Origin: Octopus sinensis
Lineage: Eukaryota
Assembly (NCBI RefSeq): GCF_006345805.1
Contig: NC_042997.1
Coordinates: 124,372,001-124,436,000, forward strand
DNA length: 64,000 nt
Direction of reading: 5' to 3'
Part shown: piece by piece, positions 12,760-26,994 of the stretch
How the letters are laid out: every line of letters starts with the position of its first letter
How positions within the stretch are numbered: position 1 is the first letter of the stretch
Notes under the pieces: model-generated
Seen by the model: only the letters and a program-made list of their open reading frames with translations
What the model was told of the DNA's origin: nothing
Database searches by the model: none
Made by a program: the position numbers and the translations under genes

Positions 12760-14003
12760 CTGTAAAATATTACAAAATAAAATTATCAGTTACCATAAAA
12801 TCCGGACAATATTGTTACAGACAGAAAATGAAAATATTTATTGATAAGTCCATGAACATTAAAATACATCTACCATCTTTTTAAAACTGTTATTAACTTG
12901 TAGACCTTTTACAAGTAACGGCTAATTGAACGTCTTCTGTTAAATGCATTTTTCCACACATAAACACGCGCACATTTATGCAAATACATTCACGTATGTG
13001 TGTATATTTACATTTATATGTATCTGTCTATCTATGTATGCATGTATGTATGTGTGTGCATAAGTGTGGTAGGAAGTGTGTAGAACAAAACTGTTGCTTC
13101 TAAGAGCGTAAATATCTAAGACACACTTTCATATTGTATAAATACTCATTTCCCTTAAACTATGTTCACATATAATAATTTCGTTACTTTCGTAGCTAGA
13201 AGGGATTTATCACTGATAAAACACATATTTCGACAAAATTTCTATAAATACAATCTACAGCAAGAAGGTTACATGTTTGCCAGAGAAGTGAATGCAGAGG
13301 AATTTATTGTCGATAAGTAAAATTAGGCATGTTGATGCTGCGTTCATATTTACACAAGATGTATATATAGTAGCATTTTATGTAACATCTATTTCCAGGG
13401 GAAAATATTCATGCAAAAGATGTTTACTCTCAATAATTTCAAGCTATAATGAAATCATGAAACTTGGAAACGAGGTTTCTCAATTGGGATGTAACTAAAT
13501 ATAGTTTTTCGGATAATGTCAACTCCAATTATTCGAACTGACAAAATTGAATATATTTATGTATTCGAAAATATCTTTTTCTGCTTCTTGTTGCTATTCT
13601 GTCACCTCAGAACCAAAATATGTATCACAATTGGACATAAACTTCTAAAACTTTGAGACTGCATTTCTAAAGAGAAGGATAATTGCAGCAGATATCACGC
13701 ACCCAGAAAATACATCTTTCAATATCTTGTTTTTATACATCAGAACTTCGTTATTAAAATGTCACCAGTATATTCTTTATTTATTTATTATTTTGTTTTT
13801 GTCTTTTCATTTCTACATTCACCAGATCTCAGGTATTGGAGGGCTTAGTTGATGAAATCCAGCTCTGATATTATTCTGTCTTCTTTTTTTTTTCAAAAGT
13901 TCTATGTTGAAGAGACGTAAAGAAAACAATATTGGGCGTGAAGAGATGAGAGCTGAAAACAAAGCATAGTGCCCTCACGCTGGCACACACAAGCATACAC
14001 AAA

Positions 14004-14052
<49 letters not shown>

Positions 14053-14749
14053 ACACGCACACAAGACTACATATATAAATATGAAAATATACTTATACGT
14101 ATGCATGTCTGTACGCATGAATAATTTCTATCAATCAAACTTACTCACAAGTGAGTAGTCGATCTGTGTTCACATAAAAGCCACTTGCCATTGATGTCAT
14201 TCCGTGTGACTCAAGACGAAGCCCCCTACGTGCGATGTGAACTTCTTCCCTACAGAGCACTGACTACGCTGTATGCTCACGTCATAGTAAACAACAGAAC
14301 ATTTCTGATTTCAGTATTTCTTATTATTTAAAGAGCTGATCTGCACATACTTGTGGTCCGTTCTAACCCAGAACAGCAATACCTGCCAGGGTCTCATCGC
14401 TGGTTTAAATAGATTTCCCACGGGTAGAGAATGTTTCTGTTATTTTTATCAAAGCCGTAGCGAAGGTAGCTATTTTTGTAGAAAGATACCCTTGACATCA
14501 AACACGCAACCAAAGTAGTGCAAGTCAAATTGCAGTGTATGTCACTGGAACCAATTATGGCGACCGAGAGAGTGGCAAAGTACAAACTTTTGTCACATAA
14601 ATGGAATGTCGTAGAATCATTTCTGAATGTTACACTGCTATCATCTGACAAGATGAAGCGATCTTCATATATGTATGCATATATATGCATGTTTGTATTT
14701 GTTTTTGTGTGTGTGTGTGTGTATGAATATTTATCTTTAAAAAGATCCC

Positions 14750-15071
14750 CTTCGGTCATGAATGGCCATAAGATTGTACATAGAAAGTTATCCACCTAAA
14801 CATGAGCCCAGGCAAGGTTGTTTATGGAAGACTAGCAGGTGTCTATGCATACCAGCGTCCCCCGCCACGCCACCGAAGTTATCAAAGGAAAAGCCTAAGG
14901 CCGATCTAGCTTGGCACCCCTGACACCACAACTCATTTCTACAGCTTGAGCAGAGTGAAATAAGGAATCTTGCTCAAGAACAAGAGCATAACACATAGCC
15001 CGGCCCGTGAATCGAACTCTCTAAGAACACATTGTGAGCGGGATCCTCTAACCACTGAACCATGCGCCTTC
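14750..15071 (-). mobile_element. tRNA-derived SINE (type C)
   Basis: Minus strand: GAAGGCGCATGGTTCAGTGG (A box), GAGTTCGATTC (B box), then cttgagcaaga. Related to 18826-19140. Confidence 0.75.
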
Positions 15072-15085
15072 ACTATATATTTGTA

Positions 15086-15411
<326 letters not shown>

Positions 15412-15562
15412 AAACGAAAGTCGAAGACAGGTATATAAATAACAGCAGGTGTGTCATTTTGACGCTCGGGGGTGAGAAACTCTTTTACGTTTCGAGCCTA
15501 CGCTCTTCAACAGAAAGGAACACGAGGAAATAAACAGAGAGAGAATAAACAGAGAGATAATG
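15412..15562 (-). mobile_element. Family A repeat with hammerhead-like motif (core 15486-15513)
   Basis: Minus strand: CTTT-CTGTTGA-A-GAGC GTAG GCTC-GAAA-CG-TA-AAAG. Confidence 0.75.
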
Positions 15563-15655
<93 letters not shown>

Positions 15656-16799
15656 TGATAGAGGGGAAAATATATTAAAGCTATTTTTTCATTATATAAA
15701 TTATAACTGTTAAATGTAATATGTAACAGATAATAGATTATTGTCTAAAGAATCATCATATATTAACATTACCTAATTAATGATGTAGAGTTTCAAATAT
15801 ACTTTCAGGTATGATATTTAACAATATTTTGGTACAAAAGAATATATATTTAGTTTAAGAACAAATAAATACAGTATTTTATATTATATATTCAGTTTTC
15901 AAGCATTGTGCGAAAGAGTGAAATGTATGTATTAAAGGGGAAATGCATTGTATGAATACAATGTTAGAAATGTAGAGTTGAATTGAATAGAATATGAATA
16001 TAATTCTCTCTGGAAACTTCAGATAATACAATTCAAGATGATAGTTCTGAGCTTGCATGGTGTAGCTGCAGCCAAACAACAGACATATGCACATGAATAT
16101 CAGAACGTTGAAACAATTATACATTCATGACATTTTTGCCTTTGTTTGCTATGCCTGTTTTCGTTTGTTTTACTATGCTTGTTTTTGTTTGTTTGTTTGC
16201 TTGTTTGGTTAGGGTCTTTTTATTTTTTCATCTGCAAGTAATTTCTATTAGAACTCTAAGACATCAGCTCATTACAATTTTGATACGACGAAGATGCACA
16301 CAGGCAACAAATATTTCATTAGAAACCCGCTATCCACTCACATGCTATTAATCACGACTAACTAAATTCTCATTTATTATAAATCTTACAACTAGCCGTT
16401 GTCATTATATCATCATCGTTCTTCTCACTTGTCAACACTAAGCGAACAAATGCAAAGAAATATCCTGAAACTTCATTAACATAACTCAATGCTCTATGTT
16501 TGATGTTTTCCCAGAAAAATCTATTTATACTAAATTTTTGTTTTCTGAAGATTATAAATGATGCACTTGTTTTGAAAATTAATCAATTTTTCTCTTTTGG
16601 CTTTTTTATCCTTTTGTCTTGTTATATTCACAATGAAAAGCACTACATAAGGACAGCAATGTTTCCTGCGTTGTGCTTAGAATGAGAAGGAATTGAAGCT
16701 AAGTGAAGGATGATATAGACATGTATATATATATATATAGAAAGTGAAAATCATGTTTCGAATTTCTTTGAGAAATATATATATATGCATATATTATAT

Positions 16800-16859
<60 letters not shown>

Positions 16860-16894
16860 CATACATACATACATATATAATTATATATATATGC

Positions 16895-16927
<33 letters not shown>

Positions 16928-17699
16928 TATATATTTATATGTATATATATATATGTATGTATATATGTATGTATAAATTTACCTTGCAGTTGCTTATAGG
17001 CAGATGAATCTGATGTAATTTAAGTAATAGAGGGCTATATGTGAAATAATTATGAAATGGTTGCATTTAAACTAATCTTAAAGTGAAGGTGATATATGCG
17101 AAGTGATAGTTATGCGTATAATATTTGCTTGTGAAGAAAGGCTCAAATATCTGTGTGCGTGTATGTGTGTGTGTAACGTTTAATCTGCACAGTATAAATC
17201 CATTAATTTTTAAAGATGAAGCTGAACATGATAATTAGATCACACTCCCAACGAAGATATGAAATATGTGATAAGCAGCTGTACAATATCATAAAAGTCT
17301 AATTTCTAATGTTGTACTACTTTCTTAATAAAACAATGTCATTCGTCAGAAAGACAGACCTGGCAAAACAGTTTAATTGTTGAGTACATATATATGTCTG
17401 TCATTCACAAAGAATATTGGCGTAACGAAGTACCGAATCTTTTGTCAACCGCAAACCTAACGTGCTGTTAGTTGATGCTAGTAACAGCTTTAAACGTCAG
17501 CTACAAGGTATGGACAACACTTTCAACATAAGTGCCAAAGGAAATATTTCCAAACAACTATTCTGAAAGCAAAATTATTTATGTTGCTAAATTACTAAGC
17601 AACTAACTGGAAAAGTTGAGATTTTCATCCAAATAGGTGGTGTCCCATCGCGTAGCTTGTAAGCACAATATTTCAGCGGAAGAGGAACATATGCAGAAT

Positions 17700-18232
17700 A
17701 AGGCGAGCCTGCCGTTACATTCTGAGTTCAAATTCTACCGAGGTCGACTTTGCCTTTCATCCTTTCGGGGTCGATTAAATAAGTACCAGTTACGCGTTGG
17801 GGTCGATATAATCGACTTAATCCGTTTTTCTGTCCTTGTTTGTCCCCTCTGTGTTTAGCCCCTTGTGAGTAATAAGGAAATAGGTATTTCTTCTACCGCT
17901 ACGTTCTGAGTTTAAATTCCGCCGAGGTCGACTAGGCCTTTCATCCTTTCGGGGTCGATTAAATAAGTACCAGTTACGCACTGGGGTCGATGTAATCGAA
18001 TTAATCCGTTCGTCTGTCCTTGTTTGTCCTCTCTGTGTTTAGCCCTTTGTGGGTAGTAAAGAAATGGGTATTTCGTCTGGCTTTACGTTCTGAGTTCAAA
18101 TTCCGCCGAGGTCGACTTTGCCTTTCAACCTTTCGGGGTTGATAAATTAAGTACCAGTTGCGTACTGGCGTCGCTCTAATCGACTGGCCCCTCCCCAAAT
18201 ATTTTGGGCATTGTACCTACAGTAGAAAAGAA
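17700..18232 (+). mobile_element. Trimeric tandem SINE (type B, ~186-bp units; Meta/Sauria-like central domain)
   Basis: Three units of acgttctgagttcaaattccgccgaggtcgactttgcctttcatcctttcggggtcgataaattaagtaccag. B box GAGTTCAAATT. Confidence 0.88.
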
Positions 18233-18569
18233 TAAGTCAAATGTTTAAAAAAACAGCTTATGTACGCGTAATTTTATACTGAACTATATAAAATTATGAG
18301 TATGGTAAAGATTACCCCTCCCCACCTTTATGCTTACTCATGTATTTCCTCTTGTTTCACAAAAAACAATGAATTATTAGAAACTCTAGCGGGGTCAATT
18401 AAATGTCGTATGATATTTAATTTCCAACCTAATCTGACCTGTGTTCACCTTCACCAGAATCAGTTTTGCTTTTTTATCTTTTGATGTCAAATTGGAAAAC
18501 GAAAAACGAAACCGGTGGAAAGGATTATAGCAACTCCTTGTTTAATCATCAAAATGTTTCTCCTTGACT

Positions 18570-18720
18570 GTGCAGTTAAGAACCCTATTTTACAACCACG
18601 TGATTTCGGGTTCATTCCCATTCCCACTGATGGCATCTTGGGCAAGTGCCTACAAATATAGTTCCAGGTCGGACAATGGTTTGTGAGTGTACATGGTTTA
18701 CAGAAACTGTGAAAGCCTGT
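18570..18720 (+). mobile_element. Degenerate tRNA/CORE-like SINE head
   Basis: caaccacgtgatttcgggttcattccca...cttgggcaagtg...ttgtgagtg matches the 35901 SINE. Confidence 0.65.
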
Positions 18721-18751
<31 letters not shown>

Positions 18752-18825
18752 GTGTGTGCGTATGTGTGTGTGTGTGTATGTGTATGTATCTGTGTGTGTG
18801 TTTGTATGTGTGTGTGTATGTGTGT

Positions 18826-19140
18826 GAAGGTGCGTGGCTTAGTGGTTAAGGCATTCGACTCATGATTGGAAGATCGTGAGTTCAATTCCCAGCGAAAAGT
18901 TATGTCCTTGAGCAAGACACGTTATTTCACGTTGCTCCGGCCCACTCAGTTGGCAAAATGAATACTACCTATATTTCAAATGGCCGGCCTTGTCACACTG
19001 TGTCACGCTGAATCTCCCTAAGAACTACGTTAAAGGTATACATGTCTGTTGTGTGCTCAGTCACTTGCACGTTAATTTCACGAGCAAGCTGTTCTGTTGA
19101 TCATATCAGCTGGGACCCTCGTCATCGTAACCGACGGAGC
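18826..19140 (+). mobile_element. tRNA-derived SINE (type C)
   Basis: TGGCTTAGTGG A box, GAGTTCAATTCC B box, gtccttgagcaagacac central motif. Confidence 0.8.
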
Positions 19141-19182
<42 letters not shown>

Positions 19183-20276
19183 CGATAGGCTTAAAAATTA
19201 AGTACCGGGTCAATTTGTTCAACTAAAATCTCTTCCAAACATTTCCCCACAATGGCTGCAGTCCAAGGAGTGAAACAATTAAAAAATAAAGGTGATTCTG
19301 TTGCAATAATTGCTTCCACTCAAAAAAATACCAAGATTTTCAAGAAAAAGAACAGTTTCTATAAAATTAACTTCATTAAAATTGTAGGGGTTACTAAAGA
19401 AGGAACTCACACAAAATAAAGAGACAAAGAAATAAGGAGAGAGATTAAACATCGATCCTATTAAGATTATTATTTGTAAAGCCATCTATACGAGGGAATT
19501 TCTATTCATTTTTTATGATCAAAGATGCTAAAGTGTACAATCGATGGCTTTATGATGGTTCTGTCAATATTTTGGTCTAGATTTAAGTACACAATATACA
19601 TTTTTAAAATACCATAAAAGGCCGGTATATCTTTATAACCAGATATTATTAGTGGTAAGCACAAATTTCTTTGTTTATATAATATAACAAGAAATGAGTT
19701 CAATATTCTCCTACTAAAAGGCTGCTTCTTCCGATCTCGGTGAATCCCCATAATCAAATAAATATATACATTGAAGACAAGAGACATAAAAAAATCGACC
19801 AAGTTTACATAGCCTTATTACATAGGCTTATAGAAAAAAATATTAACCTCGTCAGTAGACTCCTCTAAATAGTTATACAGGCATAAAAATTATATTATAC
19901 TCTACAAATATACAACGACATTTCTCGATTCTACCTTCTATATACATAATATTTACTAACAACTCTAACCCGTTCCCCCAACAGATCGATGCAAACTCAA
20001 ATTTTCTATTAAAAACGAAAAGGTTCCAAATAGGAAATCAATCATTATTCACTGTTCATTTTTTTCTAATAATTTCTCACGTCGTATCGATTTAACTCGA
20101 CCGCCTTCATCTTCCCTGTAATTATGCTTCACTTGTTCTATGATTATTCATGCACGAGAACACATATATATGCGTTCATATATCTGTGTGTGTGTGCATG
20201 TGTTACTATTGATGAGTATGTGTATACACATATATGAATGTGCTACCGTGTCTATCTCACCGTTTTTATACATACG

Positions 20277-20336
<60 letters not shown>

Positions 20337-20750
20337 TGTGTGTATGATACAAACATACAAACATACATCCATATATATATATAAACACATTTATATGAAT
20401 ATATATGGCATATATATTTACATTTTTCCACACGTACCAACATAAAAATATATGTACAGACGTATGGGTCTATGAGAGAATGCGTGTGCATGTGAGAATA
20501 AATAAACTTCAGGAATATGTACTATTTGTAGTATAGGCAGATAAAAACTAATTCAAAACAGTATGCACATCATGGCACTCATATTAGAAAGATGCAACGA
20601 TCATAAAAATAAATACACACCTCTTGAATATACACTCACGCAGGCTCATTGACTTGCAGTCACATATCTATATTCATTACAAGCATTTGTGTGTATATAT
20701 ATGCATATATGTGTATGTGTATATATGTGTATATTATATATATATATGTC

Positions 20751-20795
<45 letters not shown>

Positions 20796-20797
20796 AG

Positions 20798-20847
<50 letters not shown>

Positions 20848-21200
20848 TATATATATATAATATATACACATATATACACATACATATATATATATGCATA
20901 TACTTATACAGATATACATATATATATATACATATATATGTATGCACACACACACACACAAACACAGACACACATATACATATATACATCCATACATATA
21001 TTCACATGTGTGTGTTGTGCATGAGTATGTATGTGTAGACATACGTATAAGTATGTGTTTCTGAGTCACTGTTTGCAAGCACAGTCACTTTAAATGAAAT
21101 TTTATACTTCATCTCACACTATCTTTGAATAGATAAGCCGCATATATATATTTACATGCAGTCATTGGAACAAAAAGACAAACACATACGTACACACACA

Positions 21201-21231
<31 letters not shown>

Positions 21232-21547
21232 TCACACAAACGCACATACTTACAAAGGTTTGTTGAAGCAAATAAGAGCAATAGAACTCAAGACAATTTT
21301 TTTTTCGGCTTTAAAGTGACATGAGTCACTCAAGCGCCGAGAGTTTCGTGCACTTATTGAAATTTTGGGGGAAATATTTATTAAATTCAAATTGCATTGA
21401 ATATTTTGTTTTTGTTAATATAGCTGGAATATCTTAGAGGAAACGACGGTGAACTTTAACTATATATTAAGATATTTCTGAGTGTTACTAATTTATCTAT
21501 CTCTACATGTGTAGAGGCATGCGTGAGTAGGTGTGAATATCTGTTGT

Positions 21548-21587
<40 letters not shown>

Positions 21588-21883
21588 ATGGCATGTGTGC
21601 CTTTGTATCTTTGTGATTGTGCGTGTGCATATATGCGTTTTTTCAACATGAATGTTTCCGATTTTATAAGCATTAAACACCTGTTCTTTACCACACCTGC
21701 ACGCTTTCTTCTTCAGGAGGCATAACTTTTACTTTTTACAGTGTAATCTGCTAGAAACATCCTAGCCTTGACAACGATAACAACTATAACATGGTCCTTG
21801 TGTACCTATGACTGTTTTGAATGTTTGTATGTATAACCATCTATGCATGTATGTATATATGTATATACATGCATATATGTATG

Positions 21884-21915
<32 letters not shown>

Positions 21916-22689
21916 ATATATACTTTATGGCTGTGCGTATACGTGCATACTACACACGCATACTAGGGCATTTTTCGATATACATATATGCTTTTATGTA
22001 TGTAGAACGTTAAATCGTATATATTTTGTTATAACTATTGTATTTTGTGATGCAACATGTTTAGACTGATTCAACAAACATTTTGCCCGATTTCTGTATA
22101 TTTCGTCTTTCCTCTTCTTTTGATTTAGTTCTTTTTTTATATCTCTGAAATTCAAATTCACATCATGTAGAATGCTACAGTTTGTGAAATCACTTTTTCT
22201 ACTAAATAATAATTTTAAAATCGTCGAAAATTGAAAGAAATTTCAAACTAGTTAAAAAGTGCATTTTTCTAAAGTTCAACATGAGAAATGATGGAAATTT
22301 TAACCTGAAAGTGTTCATCACATTTTTTGGACGAATGTTTCTTGTAGACTACTAACGACGTAGATTTAAATAGTAATTATTGATTAATTGCAAATTATTC
22401 AATAATTATTATTTCCATTCAAAATATCAGATGAAGTTTTTAATAATCGAATTGTTAATTGCTGGAGACAACTACAACTTTCGAATTCCCTATAAACTTC
22501 ACTCTCCTTAAGAATTTCACATATAAATTATAGGAAGGTCACTTCCCCTTTAGAACTTAGATATATTTATACTTGATATATTTTAGCTTTGTATACAAAG
22601 TTCATTTAAGACACACGCCATTGAACGACACTTAATCTACTCGATGGTGCTGCTAACGCACACGCTCACATCCTGATTCTAATAAAACA

Positions 22690-23310
22690 AAAGCTACTCT
22701 ATTCATTATTGTGATTCGATCTCCTATAGTTTTCTTCAATTACAGCAAAGACATCTTCCCGTCAGGAAACTGCAAGTCATAAAACTGGTACATCTTTTGT
22801 GGTCTACTGCTAATGAGACAGGGAAATATAAAGAGTTTGAAAACAAGGCATGTGGGGCTCTTTATAAAATGACAGGCTCTACAGTGGAGAAACTTGGAAA
22901 ATTATCAAGCTCAATTTACGATACAGAAAAGGATTTATTTGGAGTGTAACAGAATGTTGGATGCAGAGGGTTTGTTGGAAACGGTGTGAGACGGCTGTTA
23001 TCGTTAGGCCTAACTCATCGTAAAGTCAATACCATCATGACCGATATCCAAACTACAGTGGAGAAGGCTAGCCACTGGATTTGGTTAAAAAGAGACGATG
23101 AGCAATGGCTAGAAGAATATTGCGCTTTATTTGATAACCAGCTGATCTAGCAAGCGGGGCCGGTGCGCATTAATGCCGTCGGGAGGTAGGCCCCGAAACG
23201 GCGCGCATTCTCTCCTGATGACCCCATACACTTGCTGGCTTCCGGTATGCGGAGTTTTTGACTGGTAGCACTTGCATGTGCAAGTTGTTTGCAAGACACC
23301 AGTCGCACTA
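22690..23310 (+). mobile_element. Internally deleted HERO-like (RLE-type non-LTR) retrotransposon
   Basis: One frame reads LWSTANETGKYKEFENK...GSTVEKLGKLSSSIYDTEKDLFGV* then VGCRGFVGNGVRRLL...VEKASHWIWLKRDDEQW. These resemble HERO N-terminal and extreme C-terminal motifs (EVGCRGF; AS.WLWLKR). No RT domain; GC-rich structured 3' UTR. Confidence 0.7.
23147..23238 (+). ncRNA. Permuted hammerhead-like structured RNA in the HERO 3' UTR
   Basis: GCCG-TC (23175-80), GAAA-CGGC (23195-202), GGGAG/CTCTC pairing abutting CTGATGA (23215-21), outer helix CTAGCAAG/CTTGCTGG. Confidence 0.5.
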
Positions 23311-23644
23311 TTGTTTCCCACTCTTCTTTAGTCACAAATGTTTCTGCTTTTTTGTCGTGTCTTCCTATATTCTTTCTTCATTGTGTCTTGCTTATCCAAC
23401 CAATGTTTCCTCATTCCGTCACCCTTGCTGCGTGTAACCTCCTAGATCCTGCACTAACTCTTTACATAATTATGAGAGAAGTATCGCTCTCTGGAATTCT
23501 CCCACCATTTTTTTCCTTTTTTCTTTTTTTTTTTGCTCCAGACACCATTCAAAATTATCAATCCGCATATTGATAGCGTCGATGTGAAAGGAGCTGAAAT
23601 TGTCATGTACATTACGCCTTCATCTCGAGGGTAAGTAATCAAAC

Positions 23645-24038
23645 GGAAGGCGGTGAGCTGGCAGAATCTTTGCAAGCCGAGCGATATGCTTAGCGGTATT
23701 TCGTCTGCCGTTACGTTCTGAGTTCAAATTCCGCCGAGGCCGACTTTGCTTTTCATCCTTTCGGGGTCGATAAATTAAGTACCAGTTACACACTGGGGTC
23801 GATGTAATCGACTTAATCAGTTTGTCCTCTCTATGTTTAGCCACTTGTGAGTAGTAAAGAAATAGGTATTTGGTCTGCCGCTACGTTCTGAGTTCAAATT
23901 CTGCCGAGGTCGACTTTGCCTTTCATCCTTTCGGGGTCGATAAATTAAGTACCAGTCACGCACTGGGGTCGATGTAATCTACTTAATCCGTTTGTCTGTC
24001 CCCTCTGTGTTTAGCTCCCTGTGGGTAGTAAAGAAATA
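23645..24038 (+). mobile_element. Dimeric type B SINE with 15-bp TSD
   Basis: tRNA head GGCGGTGAGCTGGCAGAATC plus two tandem bodies. TSD GGTAAGTAATCAAAC at 23630-23644 and 24039-24053. Confidence 0.92.
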
Positions 24039-26730
24039 GGTAAGTAATCAAACTACTTAGTAGGACGTTTGAGAGTTAGACGCATGTGGCTAATGTGGTA
24101 TGTTGATTAAGGTGCGTCTATTGTAGATTTTGTGAAAAGCCCGCTTAAGTAGTGATGGTCACTGCTCTTTCATTTCAAACACTTTTGTAGTAGTGATACA
24201 AGAGACGATGTCGTTAATACTACGATACCATTAATACTATTAGGGTAAACACGTGTGTGGTGAGAGTTTTGCTGTACTCCATTTTTGAATGCAAATCTCG
24301 ATGTTTCATCCGCTAGTGAAGAAACTCTGCAGGTCTTTCAACCGTTTCCCCTACGACAAAAGAGATTCCCGGCGCGGTTTGTCAGTAGTTAACTATGTTT
24401 AAAATACGACAGAATTATTAACTTCGTATCTACTTCCTCTGAGATTATATTTAATTGGACGAAAACTTTAATCTAAACTATGTATAAACAAAGGATAATT
24501 AAAGCAGAGAATGATGTACTGAGTGATACATACTATTTGGCTTGTGGGAAGATCTGGTGGCAGTTATCGCTCTCAAAGAAAGAATTAATCACACAAAATC
24601 TTTAATTGCTATGTTTAAAGAAACCATTTAAATTGTGTAAGCTAACAAGATGACAGCTACTGATCAGTTTTCGGGCTGTAACATCTCATCATTAAGCATT
24701 ATCATCTCAAGCCAGCTCACTCAGTAGAAAGGCGTTTTCATTTTTTACAACTAGAAAACATGATATGGACACTCTTAGTAGCCGACATATGTTTACATAA
24801 GAGTAAATATTTCAAGAAATTCAGAAATAATTTCACGATAATTAAATTTTGAAGCTTAGAGGGAAAATCTTATATTTCTTAGTAAGGAAAAAGACAGGCA
24901 CGGTCATGCCTTAATATTGTTAGGCTTCCTCAGCGAAGACCTGTTTTTAGACCTCATGAACGAAGTGTACACTTGCGAAGACTACTTGATTATTGAGCAT
25001 TTCTTTTTTTTTTTTTTTTGGAAATATAGAACGAGTTACGAAGTTTTGTTCAGTGGTAAATCATACTGAAGGTATATCATTCATCGCATACATTATCACC
25101 AAAAAATCGAAATATTCCGGATTTAATGATGTGAGAAGACATAAGATTGCGAAGTTAGATAAGTCTATCTATATTTATCTAAACTTCTAAAACAAATAAT
25201 GAAGCGTAATATCACAAATCATTATTTTAAATTTTCGTGAGACACTGCGACGATTGAAAATTGAAGATTAATTTAAGAAAATATATATCTACCTATTCAA
25301 AATTATGATATTCTTGCAACCCTGTGAGAGAAATTTTAAATACACACTTCCCTGCTAATAGTATGCAATATCGAATGTAAATACAACCCTTTTAAAATCT
25401 GTACACTTATTCATAGTTACTGAAAGTCAAACTGACCCTCTTGAGACCATTTATGTTAAACATTTAGTAATTGTTAAATCTATGATTACATCCGTTTATC
25501 TGGGTATGTTCACGTTCTTTACGTTCATTTTCTGAATTTATATATAAGATGTGGATTCTCTGTAAATGATTAACTATAAGTGCGCCTCAGTTCGTGTGTA
25601 TTCGCTACGTTGTGTTAATTTCCGTGTTCATGTATTCAAAAGTTTAGGTAACAGCTTTGAAAACATTAAAAACTTTTTTTCCCAAAGCAGTACTTATGAA
25701 CTTCTACTAGAGATTTTCTCCAACCTAAAAAGAAATTCGTATCAATTTCCTCTGGTTATACCTCCTTCTCTTTTTAAAATGCAAGAAGCACATTATTCTA
25801 ATCAATTTGAAAATAAAGAATTGTCTTCGTTTTTTTTTTTTTTTTTTAGTATTTACTTCGTAAATCTTTTACTGAGCGATAAAGAAACATCATGTCTGCA
25901 AATGATTTTTTATTAATTTGAAATGTAAGGCTGCTACACATGCTTCGTGGCAGACTTGTGTATGAGAAACCAGTCAGAAATCAAAGTAATTAAAGGAAGT
26001 GGAATTGAAGAGGAAATGCTGTTTAGATGCGATGACAAATAATTGAACTGAAGTTAAGTTCAAGTGAAACAAGTATCATGATGTCTGACAGATCCTTTGT
26101 TATTTCCAGTTGTTATTGTTTTTCCATTGTATAGTTGCCATTAAATATAGCACAGAACTAAACTAAAATTACAACCAATCGTTTATATTTTTTTTATATC
26201 TGTAAAACAAAATGTATAAACATTAACTTTGCGACTGTCTTTTCTTCATTTATAACAGTCTGCGCAACATGGGTTCCACAATTCCGCCTCCAGACCAAAG
26301 TTCGAAGCCACATGAAAGAGGAAACAAGAATCTTTATTTATTGCCGCGGAGTAAATCTATTTTAAACAACTGTGTTGGAAAGGAAATACAGCAAAAGGGC
26401 CAGTAATTAACTTCTATTTCTCGTTGCTACTGTCCATTCCAATGTCTTTAATTTCCCTTTCTTTTCGCCAGAGTTGGTTTCAGTTTGATTTAATTAGTCT
26501 TTAATCAGTAGAGAGTTTATTTCAGTATAGAAATGAAGGGATTAAAGTATTGAATAGAGAATGAAATGAAAAACAAAAACTTATTTTACGCCTTTGGTTA
26601 TGAAGGATACGCTAAAATGTGGCAAACTACAACTAAATTTTAACATAAACAATATCCACACGCACAAACACACATACACACATACACACATATACACACA
26701 CACATATGTATATATATATACATATATATA

Positions 26731-26772
<42 letters not shown>

Positions 26773-26962
26773 GCACGAATAAATACAGACATGTATACCA
26801 GTTCATATATACAATCTTATAACATACACACACACACACATACATGTGTAAATATAAACAATTTCCTCTAAGTTTAAAAAACAGTGTTTTTGCTTGTTTG
26901 TTTATTGGTCTGTTTGTTTGTTTGTTTGTTTGTGCGTGTGTATGTGTGTGTGTATGTATGTG

Positions 26963-26994
<32 letters not shown>

